Shown: positions 31,967 through 43,186, numbered from the stretch's first letter. The stretch: 64,000 nucleotides of DNA from Candidatus Binatia bacterium (GCA_963666515.2 OY762897.2:1248001-1312000), one strand, 5' to 3'. Program-made: numbers and translations. The notes: a model not told the origin generated them from the letters alone.

Positions 31967-33213
31967 CGATGCGGTACGAGTTGTTCGTAGGGCTGCGCTA
32001 TCTCCGGGCCCGGCGCAGCGAACGGTTCATCTCCCTGCTGACCCTGATCTCGGTCCTGGGAGTGATGCTCGCGGTGGTCACGCTCAACCTGGCCATCGCG
32101 GTGATGAGCGGGTTCGAGGAGGCCTTCCGCGACCGTCTCCTGAGCCTTCACGCGCACATCCAACTGGTCAAGCCCGCGAGCTACCTGACCGGATACGAGG
32201 AGCTGGCGAAACGGCTGGAGAGCCGGGACGACGTGACCGCGGCCGCTCCCGCCCTCACCGGCCAGATCATCCTTACGGCCGGGAGCCGGGTGTCCGGCGC
32301 GGTGGTGCGCGGCATCGACCCGGACCGTTCCCACGTGGACCTCGAAGGGTTCCTCACGCAGGGGCGCGTGGGCGATCTCAAGGCGCGCACGCCGGTAGTG
32401 GTGGACGGCCGGAATCTGGACCTCCCGGGCATCATCATCGGCGACCGGCTCGCGAGCCAACTCCGGGTGAGCAAGGGACAGGCGCTGCAGGCGGTCTCGC
32501 CCATCGGGAGCCCCACCGCGGTGGGGATCATCCCGCGGATCAGGCGTTTTGCGGTGGTGGGCATCTTCGACTCGGGCATGCGCGAGTACGACGCCGGCCT
32601 GATCTTTCTGAACATTGCGGACGCGCAGCGCTTCTTCGGGATCGGAAAGGTCGCCACCGGCATCGAGATCTCCGTCAGCGAGGTCGCGAAGGCGCGGGGC
32701 ATCGCCGAGGAGATCCAGAACGACGTGGGCGGGAGGTACCTGGTGGAGGACTGGACGCGCCTGTGGCCCAATCTGTTCGCGGCGTTGCGGCTGGAGAAGA
32801 CCGTGTACTTCCTGGTGCTGTTGCTGATGGTGCTGATCGCGGCCTTCAACATCGTGTCGACCCTGATCATGGTGGTGATGGAAAAACGCAAGGACATCGC
32901 GGTGCTGCGGTCCATGGGCGCCACCCGCGGCGGCATCCGGGCGATCTTCCTCCTGAAGGGCTGGATCATCGGCGCAGTCGGCACCGTGTCCGGGGTGGTC
33001 ATCGGCTACGTGCTCGCGCTGCTGCTCCAGCGCTACCAGTTCATCGACCTGCCCGAGGACGTGTTCCCCGTGTCCACCGTCCCGGTAAGCATCTCTCCCC
33101 TGTACTTCGCCCTGGTAGCCCTGTCGTCCCTGGCCATCTGCTGTCTCGCCAGCATCTACCCCGCGCGGCAGGCCGCCCGGCTGCATCCGGTGGACGTCAT
33201 CCGGTACGAGTAA
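31963..33213 (+). CDS. lipoprotein-releasing ABC transporter permease (LolC/E/F)
   Basis: LRYL.A.R...FIS, AVMSGF, LF.AL.LEK, VMEKRKDIAVL.SMGA, YPARQAA.L.P. Confidence 0.92.
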   Translation: MTMRYELFVGLRYLRARRSERFISLLTLISVLGVMLAVVTLNLAIAVMSGFEEAFRDRLLSLHAHIQLVKPASYLTGYEELAKRLESRDDVTAAAPALTGQIILTAGSRVSGAVVRGIDPDRSHVDLEGFLTQGRVGDLKARTPVVVDGRNLDLPGIIIGDRLASQLRVSKGQALQAVSPIGSPTAVGIIPRIRRFAVVGIFDSGMREYDAGLIFLNIADAQRFFGIGKVATGIEISVSEVAKARGIAEEIQNDVGGRYLVEDWTRLWPNLFAALRLEKTVYFLVLLLMVLIAAFNIVSTLIMVVMEKRKDIAVLRSMGATRGGIRAIFLLKGWIIGAVGTVSGVVIGYVLALLLQRYQFIDLPEDVFPVSTVPVSISPLYFALVALSSLAICCLASIYPARQAARLHPVDVIRYE

Positions 33214-33219
33214 CGGAAC

Positions 33220-33903
33220 GTGTCGTCGTTGATCGAAGTACGGGGATTGGCGAAGTCCTTCGCCGGCGGCGGCAGGCAGGTGGAGGTGCTGGCGGATCTG
33301 GACCTTTCCCTGGGCGAGGGCGAACGGCTCGCCATCATCGGCGAGTCCGGCGTCGGCAAGAGCACCCTGCTTTACATCATCGGCACCCTCGAGCGCCCCG
33401 ACCGCGGCGCGCTGCGCTACGAGGGACGCGACGTCACCCTCTGGAACGACGACGAAGTCTCGCGGCTGCGCAACCGGACCATCGGCTTCGTCTTTCAGTT
33501 CCATCACCTGCTGCCCGACTTCAGCGCGCTCGAGAACGTCATGATGCCGGCCCTGGTGGCGCGCTGGGACCGCCCCAGGGCGCTGGAGGCCGCGCGCGGG
33601 CTGCTGGAGACCGTCGGGCTGACGCACCGGCTGACGCACCGGCCGGGGGAGCTTTCCGGCGGCGAGCAGCAGCGGGTCGCCATCGCGCGCTCGTTGATCC
33701 TGGGACCGCGGGTGATGCTCGCCGACGAGCCCACGGGCAACCTGGACCCGGCGACCGCGGGCGAGATCGAGGACCTGCTGTGCGGGCTCAACGAGGACCG
33801 CGGCCTGGGCCTGATCGTGACCACCCACAACCGCCAGTTGGCCGGCCGCATGAACCGGCAACTGGAGCTTCGCGGCGGCCGTCTCTTCCCGGCCGCCCTC
33901 TGA
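33220..33903 (+). CDS. lolD: lipoprotein-releasing ABC transporter ATPase
   Basis: [51 protein letters not shown]. Confidence 0.93.
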   Translation: MSSLIEVRGLAKSFAGGGRQVEVLADLDLSLGEGERLAIIGESGVGKSTLLYIIGTLERPDRGALRYEGRDVTLWNDDEVSRLRNRTIGFVFQFHHLLPDFSALENVMMPALVARWDRPRALEAARGLLETVGLTHRLTHRPGELSGGEQQRVAIARSLILGPRVMLADEPTGNLDPATAGEIEDLLCGLNEDRGLGLIVTTHNRQLAGRMNRQLELRGGRLFPAAL

Positions 33904-34009
33904 CACCGGGACGTGGGACCCTCCCAAGCGGTTTGGAGCCGCGCCCTGCGCTTTACAACCGTACGGGAACTTGTTAGCAGATCACGAATAAAGTCCAGGT
34001 ATTTTCGCG

Positions 34010-36379
34010 GTGTGGATCATCAGCCATAGAATCGCCGCGGCGCTGGTCGCCCTCCTGTGCTGGCTCGTGGCGTGGAGCGGCGGCGCCGCCGGCGCCTCCG
34101 TCATCAACGAAGTCCGTGTTCAGGGCAACCTCAGGGTCGAAGAGGACGCCATCCGGCTGAGCATCCAGGCGCAGCAGGGCCAGCCCTTGGATCGCGAGGC
34201 GGTGGACCGCGACGTCAAGGCCATCTACCGCATGGGCTTCTTCGACGACGTCAGCGCCGATTTCTCCGCCGAGGGCGTCCTGACCTACACGGTCAAGGAA
34301 CGGCCCTACGTCAAGCAGGTTGAAATACTCGGCGCCGACAAGGTGTCGAAGGACGACGTGGAAGCTGCCCTCGGCATCAGCACGCGGACCGCCCTCGACG
34401 CCGGCCGTTTGCAGGAAGGCCTGCAGAGGGTGCTCAGGCTTTACAGCGAGGCGGGGCACGTCAACACGCGGGTCGACTACGTGCTGACGCCGGTCGAGAA
34501 CAACCAGACCGTCATCACCCTGACGGTCACCGAAGGCAAGACGCTACGGATCAGGAAGATCACCTTCGAAGGGAACCGGGCGTTCCCGGACGACGAGCTC
34601 AAGGGCGTCATGAACACGAAGGAGGCCTGGTTCCTCCCGTTCACGAGCCACGGTATCCTGGACCCGGACGTCCTGACCAACGACACCACGCTGCTGTCTT
34701 CCTTCTACTACGACCACGGATTCGTCGACCACAAGATCGACGAACCCATCATCCTGACGCGGGCCGAGGGGCTGGAGGTCGTCATCCGCGTCCAGGAGGG
34801 CGAGCGCTACCGGGTCGGCGCCGTGAAGCTCGGCGGAGACCTCGGCAGTACCCCGACACGGCTGCTGGAGGACGTCACCCTGACCTCCGGGCAGATCTTC
34901 CGCAGGAGCCGGCTTCTCAACGACGTGACGGCGCTTCAACAGCGGTACGCCGACCGCGGCTACGCGTTCGCGGACATCTCTCCGGCCACCCGGTTCAACC
35001 CCGAGGCCCGGCTCGTGGACGTGACCTACATGATCAAGCGCGGACCTCCGGTCTTCTTCGACCAAGTGGAGATCACGGGGAACGTCAAGACCCGTGACAA
35101 GGTGATCCGTCGCGGGCTGGAGGTGGCGGAGAAGAGCCGGTACTCCGAGGCGAAGGTCCGGGAGAGCCGGAACGCCCTGTTGCGGACGGGATACTTCAAG
35201 GACGTCACCATGTCCACCGAGAAGTCCGAGAAGGAAGACGAGGTGGACCTCCTGGTCAAGGTGGAGGAGGCGCCCACCGGCGCCTTCAGCATCGGCGCCG
35301 GCTACAGCACCGCAAGCGGGTTCTCGTTCCGCACGTCCCTCGAAGAGCGCAACCTTTTCGGGACCGGAAGGCGGGTGTCGGCCGACCTCCTCCTCAGCAG
35401 GACGGACCAGGACATCGTCCTCCGCCTGGTGGAGCCCCGTGTCCTGGACAGCCGCGCGGACCTCGGGTTCGACGTCTTCCATACCACCACCGAATACGCC
35501 TCCTGGACCAATCGCCGGAGCGGTTTCGCCACCCGCCTCAGCATGCCGATGCGCTACCTCCGCCTGCCCTACTTCGGACGTCGCGCCGACGCCCACCTCG
35601 CCGAAGGGTTCGACGCGGACCCGGGTTTCTCCGTCCTGGACCATCTCCGGGGAAGCATCGGCTACACGCTGTTCCGCTCCAGGGTCACGGACGTGGGCAC
35701 GGACGCGCCGTCGAGCATCGAGCCGGGCACATCCCTCACCAGCGCGGTTACGTCCGGCGTCACCTACGACACCCGCAACCACTTCTTCGTGCCCACCGAA
35801 GGCACCCGTTCGGTGGCGTCCGTCAAGCTGGCCGGACTGGGCGGGGATAACCGCTTCATGCGGAGCGACGCCGCGGTGACCTGGTACTATCCCATCTTCG
35901 GGGGATTCGAGTGGGGTGAGAACTTCGCCGTCATGCTCGGCGGCCGGATCGGCTACGGCACGTCCTGGACCGATCGTCCGCTGCCGTTGTTCGAGCGCTA
36001 CTTCGTCGGCGGCATCAATTCGGTGCGCGGGTTCGAGTACCGCACCCTGGGTCCGCGGGAGTGTCCCAAGGACAAGCCCGACTGCGACGACCCCGACGCG
36101 GTGGGGGGCAACAAGCAGCTCATCCTGAAAGCGGAGTTGCACTTCCCGATCCTGGACCAGTGGGGTTTCCGGGGGTCCGCGTTCTTCGACCAGGGACAGG
36201 CCTTCGGGCCGTCCGAGAACATCGCCTTCGAGGACCTCAGGCGCTCGACGGGTCTGGCGATGCAGTGGCAGTCGCCCATCGGCCCGGTCAAGTTGAGCTG
36301 GGCGTTCCCCCTGAACGCCCAACCGTCCGACGACAAGGAGATCTTCGGGTTCGCCTTGGGCGCCATCGGTGATCTTTGA
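34010..36379 (+). CDS. bamA: outer membrane protein assembly factor BamA
   Basis: Signal peptide, POTRA repeats ([16 protein letters not shown]), SVRGF loop-6 motif, W.SPIGP. Confidence 0.93.
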   Translation: MWIISHRIAAALVALLCWLVAWSGGAAGASVINEVRVQGNLRVEEDAIRLSIQAQQGQPLDREAVDRDVKAIYRMGFFDDVSADFSAEGVLTYTVKERPYVKQVEILGADKVSKDDVEAALGISTRTALDAGRLQEGLQRVLRLYSEAGHVNTRVDYVLTPVENNQTVITLTVTEGKTLRIRKITFEGNRAFPDDELKGVMNTKEAWFLPFTSHGILDPDVLTNDTTLLSSFYYDHGFVDHKIDEPIILTRAEGLEVVIRVQEGERYRVGAVKLGGDLGSTPTRLLEDVTLTSGQIFRRSRLLNDVTALQQRYADRGYAFADISPATRFNPEARLVDVTYMIKRGPPVFFDQVEITGNVKTRDKVIRRGLEVAEKSRYSEAKVRESRNALLRTGYFKDVTMSTEKSEKEDEVDLLVKVEEAPTGAFSIGAGYSTASGFSFRTSLEERNLFGTGRRVSADLLLSRTDQDIVLRLVEPRVLDSRADLGFDVFHTTTEYASWTNRRSGFATRLSMPMRYLRLPYFGRRADAHLAEGFDADPGFSVLDHLRGSIGYTLFRSRVTDVGTDAPSSIEPGTSLTSAVTSGVTYDTRNHFFVPTEGTRSVASVKLAGLGGDNRFMRSDAAVTWYYPIFGGFEWGENFAVMLGGRIGYGTSWTDRPLPLFERYFVGGINSVRGFEYRTLGPRECPKDKPDCDDPDAVGGNKQLILKAELHFPILDQWGFRGSAFFDQGQAFGPSENIAFEDLRRSTGLAMQWQSPIGPVKLSWAFPLNAQPSDDKEIFGFALGAIGDL

Positions 36380-36410
36380 CGGCGCGGGCCGGTGACGCAG
36401 TCTGGAGGTT

Positions 36411-36953
36411 ATGGTGATTGGAGTTTTCCGGTTCATTCTGCTGGCGATGCTGGCCGCGGCGGCGGCGAGTCCGGCGTGGGGTCAGGATCTCAAGGTCGGT
36501 TTCGTGAACCTTCAGAAGGCCATGAGCGAGTCGAAGCGCGGCAAGGACGCTCGCGCGAGTTTCCAGGCCGACCTCAAGGACAAGCAGGACGCCCTGTCGA
36601 GGGAGAAGAAGGCTATCGAGAAGCAGCAGAAGGACCTGGAAAAGCAGGCCGTTCTGATGAAGGACAGCGAGCGGGCCAGGGCGCAGCGCCGTTTGCAGCT
36701 CCGCGCGCGCGACTGGGAGCGCAAGATGAGGGACGTGCGGGAAGAGCTGGCCCTCAGAGAGCGCGAGCTGACCGACGAGATCCTCAAGGACCTTCAGAAG
36801 ATCATCGGGGAGTTGGGCAAGACGGGCAAGTTCACCATGATCCTCGAACGGAGCCAGATGCTCTACACCGACAAGGGGACCGACGTCACCGACGAAGTGA
36901 TCAAGCTCTACAACGAGCGTTTCCAGAACGGGACGGCCGACAAGAACAGGTGA
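36411..36953 (+). CDS. skp: OmpH/Skp periplasmic chaperone
   Basis: Signal peptide, [10 protein letters not shown], coiled coil, DVTDEVI; located after bamA. Confidence 0.9.
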   Translation: MVIGVFRFILLAMLAAAAASPAWGQDLKVGFVNLQKAMSESKRGKDARASFQADLKDKQDALSREKKAIEKQQKDLEKQAVLMKDSERARAQRRLQLRARDWERKMRDVREELALRERELTDEILKDLQKIIGELGKTGKFTMILERSQMLYTDKGTDVTDEVIKLYNERFQNGTADKNR

Positions 36954-37996
36954 CGACCTCCGGCAAATCGCTTGCGGACCTCGCCGAGCTGGTCGGCGGA
37001 CGGGTGGTCGGCGACCCGGACGCGACCATCGAGGGGGTGGCGTCCATCGAGGACGCGGGTCCGGGAGAGATCACCTTTCTCGCCCACCCACGTTATCGGC
37101 GGCACCTGGCTTCCTGCAACGCCGGCGCGGTCATCGTGGCGGACGAGCCGGAGGGCCGCACCGGCCTGAACCTCCTCCGCGTCGAAGACCCCTACCGCGC
37201 GTTCGCGCGCATCCACGGACTGTTCAATCCTCCGGCGGCGCACGACGCCGTCACCAGCCCGCTGGCCTTCATCCACCCGACGGCCGTCGTCGGCTCGGAG
37301 GTCGCCCTCTATCCGCACTGCTACGTCGGCGAGGCGGCCCGGGTCGGAGACGGGACGGTGCTCATGCCCGGCGCCGCCGTCGGCTCCGGTGCGCACGTCG
37401 GCAAGGGCTGCGTGCTCCATCCCAACGTGACGGTGGCCGAGCGCTGCCGCATCGGCGACCGCGTTACGCTCCACGCCGGGGTGGTGATCGGAAGCGACGG
37501 CTTCGGCTACGCCGGCCGGGGGCCGCAACGGCTCAAGGTGCCCCAGGCCGGCATCGTGGAGGTGGGGGACGACGTGGAGATCGGCGCCAACGCCACCGTG
37601 GACCGGGCCACCATCGGAAGCACCCGGATCGGCGCCGGGACGAAGATCGATAATCTCGTGCAGATCGGGCACAATGTACGAATCGGCGAACGCTGCCTGA
37701 TCATCGCCCAGGCCGCGATTGCCGGCAGCGTAGTGGTAGGCGACGACGTGGTGATCGCGGGGCAGGCGGGCGTCAGCGATCACGTGGAGATCGGCGACCG
37801 GTCGATCATCGGGCCCAAGAGCAACGTCCTGCAGTCGGTTCCGCCCGGGTCCGTGCTGTCGGGCCTGGTCGAAGCCGCTCCTCACAGGCAGTGGCTCAGG
37901 GTGATGCGGCTGCTGCCCAGGCTGCCCGAGCTGTGGCGGCGGCTCTCGGAGGTCGAGCGCCGCACGGCGACGCGGTCGGACAGGGAGGTCCGGTAA
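36950..37996 (+). CDS. lpxD: UDP-3-O-acylglucosamine N-acyltransferase
   Basis: [47 protein letters not shown]; GTG start overlaps the skp stop. Confidence 0.95.
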   Translation: MTTSGKSLADLAELVGGRVVGDPDATIEGVASIEDAGPGEITFLAHPRYRRHLASCNAGAVIVADEPEGRTGLNLLRVEDPYRAFARIHGLFNPPAAHDAVTSPLAFIHPTAVVGSEVALYPHCYVGEAARVGDGTVLMPGAAVGSGAHVGKGCVLHPNVTVAERCRIGDRVTLHAGVVIGSDGFGYAGRGPQRLKVPQAGIVEVGDDVEIGANATVDRATIGSTRIGAGTKIDNLVQIGHNVRIGERCLIIAQAAIAGSVVVGDDVVIAGQAGVSDHVEIGDRSIIGPKSNVLQSVPPGSVLSGLVEAAPHRQWLRVMRLLPRLPELWRRLSEVERRTATRSDREVR

Positions 37997-38000
37997 AGGC

Positions 38001-38429
38001 ATGATGGACGCAAACGAGATACGCAGGCTGATCCCGCATCGATACCCGTTTCTGCTGGTGGACCGGATCGTGGAGCTGGAGCCCGACCGGCGCATCGTCG
38101 GCATCAAGAACGTCACCATCAACGAGGGCTTCTTTCAGGGCCACTTCCCGGACAAGCCCATCATGCCGGGAGTGTTGATCTGCGAGGCCATGGCCCAGGT
38201 GGCCGCGGTCCTGGCCCGGTGCAGCGAATACGACCCGGACACGGTCTTCGTCCTGACGGGTGTCGATGGGGCGAGGTTCAAGCAGCCGGTGGCGCCGGGC
38301 GACCAGATGAGGATCGAGATCGAGATACTGAGGCGGCGCAAGAACTACTGGCGCCTTGCCGGTTGCGTAACGGTGGACGGGAAACCGGTGGCCGAAGCGG
38401 AACTGTCCGCCATGGAGATGTCGGTCTAG
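38001..38429 (+). CDS. fabZ: 3-hydroxyacyl-ACP dehydratase
   Basis: PHRYPFLLVDR, KNVTINE.FFQGHFP..PIMPGVLI.EAMAQ. Confidence 0.96.
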   Translation: MMDANEIRRLIPHRYPFLLVDRIVELEPDRRIVGIKNVTINEGFFQGHFPDKPIMPGVLICEAMAQVAAVLARCSEYDPDTVFVLTGVDGARFKQPVAPGDQMRIEIEILRRRKNYWRLAGCVTVDGKPVAEAELSAMEMSV

Positions 38430-38486
38430 TCCCGGGGCCGAGGCGGATGGTCCGCTTGCCGCCGCCGACGGACAAGGTTCGAAAAG

Positions 38487-39311
38487 ATGCCCGTGGACAA
38501 GGTCGGCCTGATTGCCGGAAGCGGACGTTTTCCCCTGATATTCGCCCGGAACGCCCGGGACATCGGGGTGCAGGTGGTCGCGGTGGCGCATCGCGGGGAG
38601 ACCGCCGAAGAGATCGAGCAGTTCGTGGAGGACGTCACCTGGGTCCGGGTCGGGCAGCTCGGAAAGATCATCCGCACCTTCCACCGGGCGGAGGTCCGCA
38701 ACGCCGTGATGGCCGGCGGCATCCGCAAGGTGCGGATGTTCTCGAACTTCCGGCCCGATCCCAGGGGCCTTGCGCTGCTCGCCCGGATGAGGAGCCGCGA
38801 CGACGACCAGTTGTTGCGGGGCGTCGCCGCGGAGCTGGAGAGGGAAGGGATACGCGTCCTGGAGTCGACCCTGTTCCTGGAACGGATCATTCCGGCCGAG
38901 CCCGGCGTCCTCACGCGCACCCGGCCCAGCCCGGAACAGTGGAAGGACGTGCGCCTGGGCGTTCCCCTGGCCAAGACGCTGGGGCGCATGGGAATCGGCC
39001 AGACGCTGGTGCTCAGGGATGGAGTCATCGTCGCGGTCGAGGCCATCGAAGGCACGGACGCGGCCATTCGCCGCGGCGGCGAGATCGTGGAAGGCCCGGT
39101 GGTGGTAGTGAAGATGAGCAAGCCGGAACAGGACCTGCGTTTCGACGTGCCGGCCGTCGGTCCCCGCACCATCGAGGTCATGAAGGAGGTGGGGGGAGGG
39201 GCGCTGGCAGTCGAGCGCCGGCGCTCGATCCTGCTGGACAGGGAGAGCCTGCTGGCCGCCGCGGACGACGCCGGCATCGCCGTGGTCGCCGTGGACCCGG
39301 AAGCCGCATGA
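38487..39311 (+). CDS. lpxI: UDP-2,3-diacylglucosamine diphosphatase LpxI
   Basis: GLIAGSG.FP, DDQLL, IGQT.V, AVEAIEGTDA.IRRG, K.SKP.QDLRFDVP.VG. Confidence 0.93.
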   Translation: MPVDKVGLIAGSGRFPLIFARNARDIGVQVVAVAHRGETAEEIEQFVEDVTWVRVGQLGKIIRTFHRAEVRNAVMAGGIRKVRMFSNFRPDPRGLALLARMRSRDDDQLLRGVAAELEREGIRVLESTLFLERIIPAEPGVLTRTRPSPEQWKDVRLGVPLAKTLGRMGIGQTLVLRDGVIVAVEAIEGTDAAIRRGGEIVEGPVVVVKMSKPEQDLRFDVPAVGPRTIEVMKEVGGGALAVERRRSILLDRESLLAAADDAGIAVVAVDPEAA

Positions 39312-40255
39312 GCGCGCCCGGAACCATCGCCGCGGGCGTGGTCGGAGTCGGCTACGCCGGCAGCCTGCACGCGGCCAAGTACGCCGCGTTGCCCGCGGCC
39401 AGGCTCGTGGGCGTCGCCGACATCGATGAGGGGCGCGCCCGGGAGATCGGCGAGCGCTACCAAGCGCCCGCGGTGACGGACTACCGCGACCTTCTGGGCC
39501 GGGTCCGTTGCGTCAGCATCGCGGTCCCGACGCAGCAGCATTACCCCGTGGCGCGGGATTTTCTCGCCGCCGGCGTCGACGTGCTGGTGGAGAAACCCAT
39601 TGCCTCCACCGTGTCCGACGCCGCCAAGCTGGTGGAGCTGGCGCGGGAGAACGGCTGCATCCTCCAGGTCGGGCATTTGGAGCGCTTCAACCCGGTGGTG
39701 CGCCGGCTCACCGGGTTCATCTCCGGGCCCCGGTTCATCGAATGCCACCGCCTGGCGCCCTTCACGACCCGCGGCACCGACGTCGACGTGGTGCTGGACC
39801 TGATGATCCACGACATCGACGTCATCTCCAGCCTCGTCGACGCGCCGGTGTCCAGCATCGACGCCACCGGCGTCGCCGTGCTCACGGACAAGCCGGACAT
39901 CGCCAACGCGCGGATCCGGTTCGAGGACGGCTGCGTGGCCAACGTGACCGCGAGCCGCGTGTCGATGAAACGCGAGCGCAAGATCCGGTTCTTTCAGCCG
40001 GATGCCTATATTTCCCTGGACTACGACGCCAAGACGGCCCAGGTCTACCGCATGGAAGACCGCAGCCTCGGCTGGGAGGGGATCCGGGGGCATCCGATCG
40101 CCACGGAGAACGGCGACGCCCTCCTGGACCAGATCGAGTCCTTCCTGGAGTCGGTGGCCGCCCGCAAGGCCCCGGTGGTGACCGGCGAGGACGGGCTGCG
40201 CGCGCTCGATATCGCTTCGAGGGTCAGCCGACGAATCCATGAATCGGGACACTAG
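39308..40255 (+). CDS. Gfo/Idh/MocA oxidoreductase, GnnA-like
   Basis: GVG..G..HA.KY, VLVEKPIA, QVGHLERFNP, DVVLDLMIHDID, AN.TASRVS; located between lpxI and lpxB. Confidence 0.85.
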   Translation: MSAPGTIAAGVVGVGYAGSLHAAKYAALPAARLVGVADIDEGRAREIGERYQAPAVTDYRDLLGRVRCVSIAVPTQQHYPVARDFLAAGVDVLVEKPIASTVSDAAKLVELARENGCILQVGHLERFNPVVRRLTGFISGPRFIECHRLAPFTTRGTDVDVVLDLMIHDIDVISSLVDAPVSSIDATGVAVLTDKPDIANARIRFEDGCVANVTASRVSMKRERKIRFFQPDAYISLDYDAKTAQVYRMEDRSLGWEGIRGHPIATENGDALLDQIESFLESVAARKAPVVTGEDGLRALDIASRVSRRIHESGH

Positions 40256-41429
40256 CGCCGGTTCTCCGGATCAGCGGCCGCTGGGGGTGATGCTGGTGGC
40301 CGGAGAGGCCTCGGGAGATGCCCGGGGAGCCGAGTTGGTGCGCGACCTGCGCCGGCGCGACCCGTCGGTGGAGTGCTTCGGCATGGGCGGCGCCAATCTC
40401 CGGGGCGCGGGCATGCGGGTGGTCCACGACATCGCGAGCGTGGCGAGCGTGGGCGTCGCGGAGATCTTCGGCAGCCTTCGCCACATCTGGCGGGCCTACC
40501 GGGCGTTGCGCCGGCTGCTCCTGGATGCGCGGCCGGCGTTGCTCATCCTGATCGACTTCCCGGAGTTCAACATGCGGCTGGCGCGGATCGCGCGCCGCCA
40601 CGGCATCACCGTCCTCTACTACATCAGCCCGCAGGTCTGGGCCTGGCGGTCGTACCGCATCCGGCGGATCGCGTCGAGCGTGGACGCCATGGCGGTGGTC
40701 TTTCCCTTCGAGGCGGAACTCTACAGGGCCTTCGGCGTGGGCGCGGTGTCGTTCGTGGGACACCCCCTCGTGGACGTAGTGAGCGCCGGCCGGGACCGGG
40801 ACGCGAGTCTCCGCTCCGCGGGACTGGATCGCACGAAGCTTACGGTGGCGATCATGCCCGGGAGCCGGAGGAGGGAGGTCGCTTCGCTCCTCGATCCCAT
40901 GCTCGAAGCGGCCCGGGGTCTGGCCCGGGAGCGGGAGACGCAGTTCCTGCTCATCCGCGCCAGCACCATCGAGCGCGGCGAGCTGGAGCGGGCGGTCGCG
41001 GGATCGCCCGTCACCCTCCGCATCGTCGACGGCGATACCTACGACATGCTGGCGGCCGCGGACCTCGTCTGGGTGGCCTCCGGGACGGCGACGCTGGAGG
41101 CCGGGCTGCTCGGCAAACCCATGGTGATCACCTATCGCCTGTCGCCGCTGAGCTACTGGCTCGGGCGCCTGCTGGTCAGGGTGGACCACATCGGCATGGT
41201 CAACATCATCGCCGGCGAGCGGGTGGTCCCGGAGCTGATCCAGAACGAGGTCACGGCCGAGCGCATCCTGTCCGAGACCCGGCGCATGCTGCAACCGGAG
41301 GTGCGGCGCGCGGTGGTGCGGAAACTGGAGGCGGTGCGGCAGCGCCTGGGTCCGTCCGGGGCTCCGGGACGCGTGGCCGACATGGCCATGGCGCTGCTGG
41401 CGCAGACCCGTGTGCGGGCGACGCCATGA
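40239..41429 (+). CDS. lpxB: lipid-A-disaccharide synthase
   Basis: AGEASGD..G, IDFPEFN, YISPQVWAWR..R, FPFE, FVGHPL, PGSR..E, ASGTATLE. Confidence 0.96.
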   Translation: MNRDTSAGSPDQRPLGVMLVAGEASGDARGAELVRDLRRRDPSVECFGMGGANLRGAGMRVVHDIASVASVGVAEIFGSLRHIWRAYRALRRLLLDARPALLILIDFPEFNMRLARIARRHGITVLYYISPQVWAWRSYRIRRIASSVDAMAVVFPFEAELYRAFGVGAVSFVGHPLVDVVSAGRDRDASLRSAGLDRTKLTVAIMPGSRRREVASLLDPMLEAARGLARERETQFLLIRASTIERGELERAVAGSPVTLRIVDGDTYDMLAAADLVWVASGTATLEAGLLGKPMVITYRLSPLSYWLGRLLVRVDHIGMVNIIAGERVVPELIQNEVTAERILSETRRMLQPEVRRAVVRKLEAVRQRLGPSGAPGRVADMAMALLAQTRVRATP

Positions 41430-43159
41430 AGGTCTACCTGCGCCTGCTCCGGTACCTGCGGCCCTACGTGTGGCCGCACTTCTGCGGCGCCGTCCTCTGC
41501 ATGCTCCTGTTCAGCGCCACCACCGCGATGATGCCCTTCCTGGTCCGTGACGCGGTGGACGAGGTGTTCGTGAAGCAGGACCCCGGGGTGCTGGGGGTCA
41601 TCATCCTCATGGTCGTGGTCGTGTTCAGCTCCCGCGGCGTCTGCAACTTCGGCCAGCTCTATCTCATGGAACACGTCGGTCAGCGGATCATCCGCGATCT
41701 GCGTTCGGCCCTGTGCGAGAAGCTCCAGTGGCAATCGCTCGCCTACGTCCACCGCCACCCCACCGGCACGCTGCTTTCCAGGGTTGCCAGCGACGTGGCG
41801 CTGGTGCGGACCGCGCTCACCACCTCGGTGGCCTCGGTGGCCCGCAACTGCACTTCGGTGGCGGCGCTGGCCGCGGTGGCCTTCTACATGGACTGGGTGC
41901 TGGCGTGCATCGCCTTCGTGGCCTTTCCCGGCTCGGTGCTTCCGGTCAGGCGCCTCACCCACCGCATCCGAAGGGCCACCACGAGGAGCCAGGTGAGCAC
42001 CGGCACGCTGACCACGATCCTCCAGGAGAGCCTCCAGGGCAGCTCCATCGTCAAGGCCTTCGGCATGGAGCGTTACGAGCTGGAGCGGTTCAACCGGGAG
42101 AACCGGGAAATCCTGCGCCACACCATGAGGGCCGGCCGCGCCCGGGCGATCATGCCCTCGGCCATGGAATGGCTGGCCGGTCTGGGCGCCGCCGGAGTGT
42201 TGTGGTACGGCGGCAACGCGGTCCTGGACGGCGGGCGCACCGCGGGCGAGTTCTTCGCCTTTCTCACCGCCATGTTCATGGTCTACGAGCCGGTCAAGCA
42301 CCTGAGCCGGGCGCTGCCGGAAATCTACCAGGGCGTCGCCGGAGGAGACCGGATCTTCGAGGTGCTGGACGCGCCGCTGGACGTCACGGACGCTCCGGAC
42401 GCCGTGCCGGCCGCGGCCTTCTCGGACCGGATCGCGTTCCGGGACGTCCGCTTCGGCTACCGTGAGGATACGGTGCTGGCCGGCATCGACCTGGAGATCC
42501 GGCGCGGCGAGACGGTGGCGCTGGTGGGCATGAGCGGCGCCGGCAAGACCACCCTCTCGGCGCTGCTGCCGAGGTTCTACGACGTGACCTCGGGCCGCAT
42601 CACCCTGGACGGAGTGGATATCCGCAAGCTGACCCTGGAGTCCCTGCGGCGCCAGATCGGCATCGTGACGCAGCACACCTTCCTCTTCAACGACAGCGTG
42701 AGGGCCAACATCGCCTACGGCGATCCGGCCAAGGGCATGGACGACGTCGTCACGGCCGCCAGGGCCGCCAACGCCCACGACTTCATCGTGGAGCTGCCGT
42801 CCGGGTACGACACGGTGGTGGGAGAGCTGGGACTGGAGCTTTCCGGCGGCCAGCGCCAGCGGATCGCCATCGCCCGGGCGGTGCTCAAGAACGCTCCCAT
42901 CCTGGTCCTCGACGAAGCCACCTCCGCTCTCGACTCGGAGTCGGAGCGGCTGGTGCAGGATGCCCTCGACGGCCTCATGAAGAACCGCACGAGCCTGGTC
43001 ATCGCCCATCGCCTGTCCACCATCCGCAACGCCACGCGCATCGTCGTCCTGTCCAGGGGGACGGTCGTGGAACAGGGGACGCACCAGGACCTGCTGGCCC
43101 GGCGGAAGGAGTACAGCCGTCTCTACAACCTCCAGGCGGCCGGCGCGCCGCCCGGATAG
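41426..43159 (+). CDS. msbA: lipid A flippase ABC transporter
   Basis: TMD + NBD, GMSGAGKT, LSGGQRQRIAIARA, LDEATSALD; lipid A cluster context. Confidence 0.88.
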   Translation: MKVYLRLLRYLRPYVWPHFCGAVLCMLLFSATTAMMPFLVRDAVDEVFVKQDPGVLGVIILMVVVVFSSRGVCNFGQLYLMEHVGQRIIRDLRSALCEKLQWQSLAYVHRHPTGTLLSRVASDVALVRTALTTSVASVARNCTSVAALAAVAFYMDWVLACIAFVAFPGSVLPVRRLTHRIRRATTRSQVSTGTLTTILQESLQGSSIVKAFGMERYELERFNRENREILRHTMRAGRARAIMPSAMEWLAGLGAAGVLWYGGNAVLDGGRTAGEFFAFLTAMFMVYEPVKHLSRALPEIYQGVAGGDRIFEVLDAPLDVTDAPDAVPAAAFSDRIAFRDVRFGYREDTVLAGIDLEIRRGETVALVGMSGAGKTTLSALLPRFYDVTSGRITLDGVDIRKLTLESLRRQIGIVTQHTFLFNDSVRANIAYGDPAKGMDDVVTAARAANAHDFIVELPSGYDTVVGELGLELSGGQRQRIAIARAVLKNAPILVLDEATSALDSESERLVQDALDGLMKNRTSLVIAHRLSTIRNATRIVVLSRGTVVEQGTHQDLLARRKEYSRLYNLQAAGAPPG

Positions 43160-43186
43160 CCTCCACGTCGACGGAGCCCTGAGCCC

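Noticed and set aside
36392-37996. Apparent N-terminal fusions on lpxD, and likewise on the GnnA-like (38219) and msbA (40373) ORFs
   Set aside because: The extensions are off-frame reads of skp, lpxI and lpxB; real starts overlap the upstream stop codons
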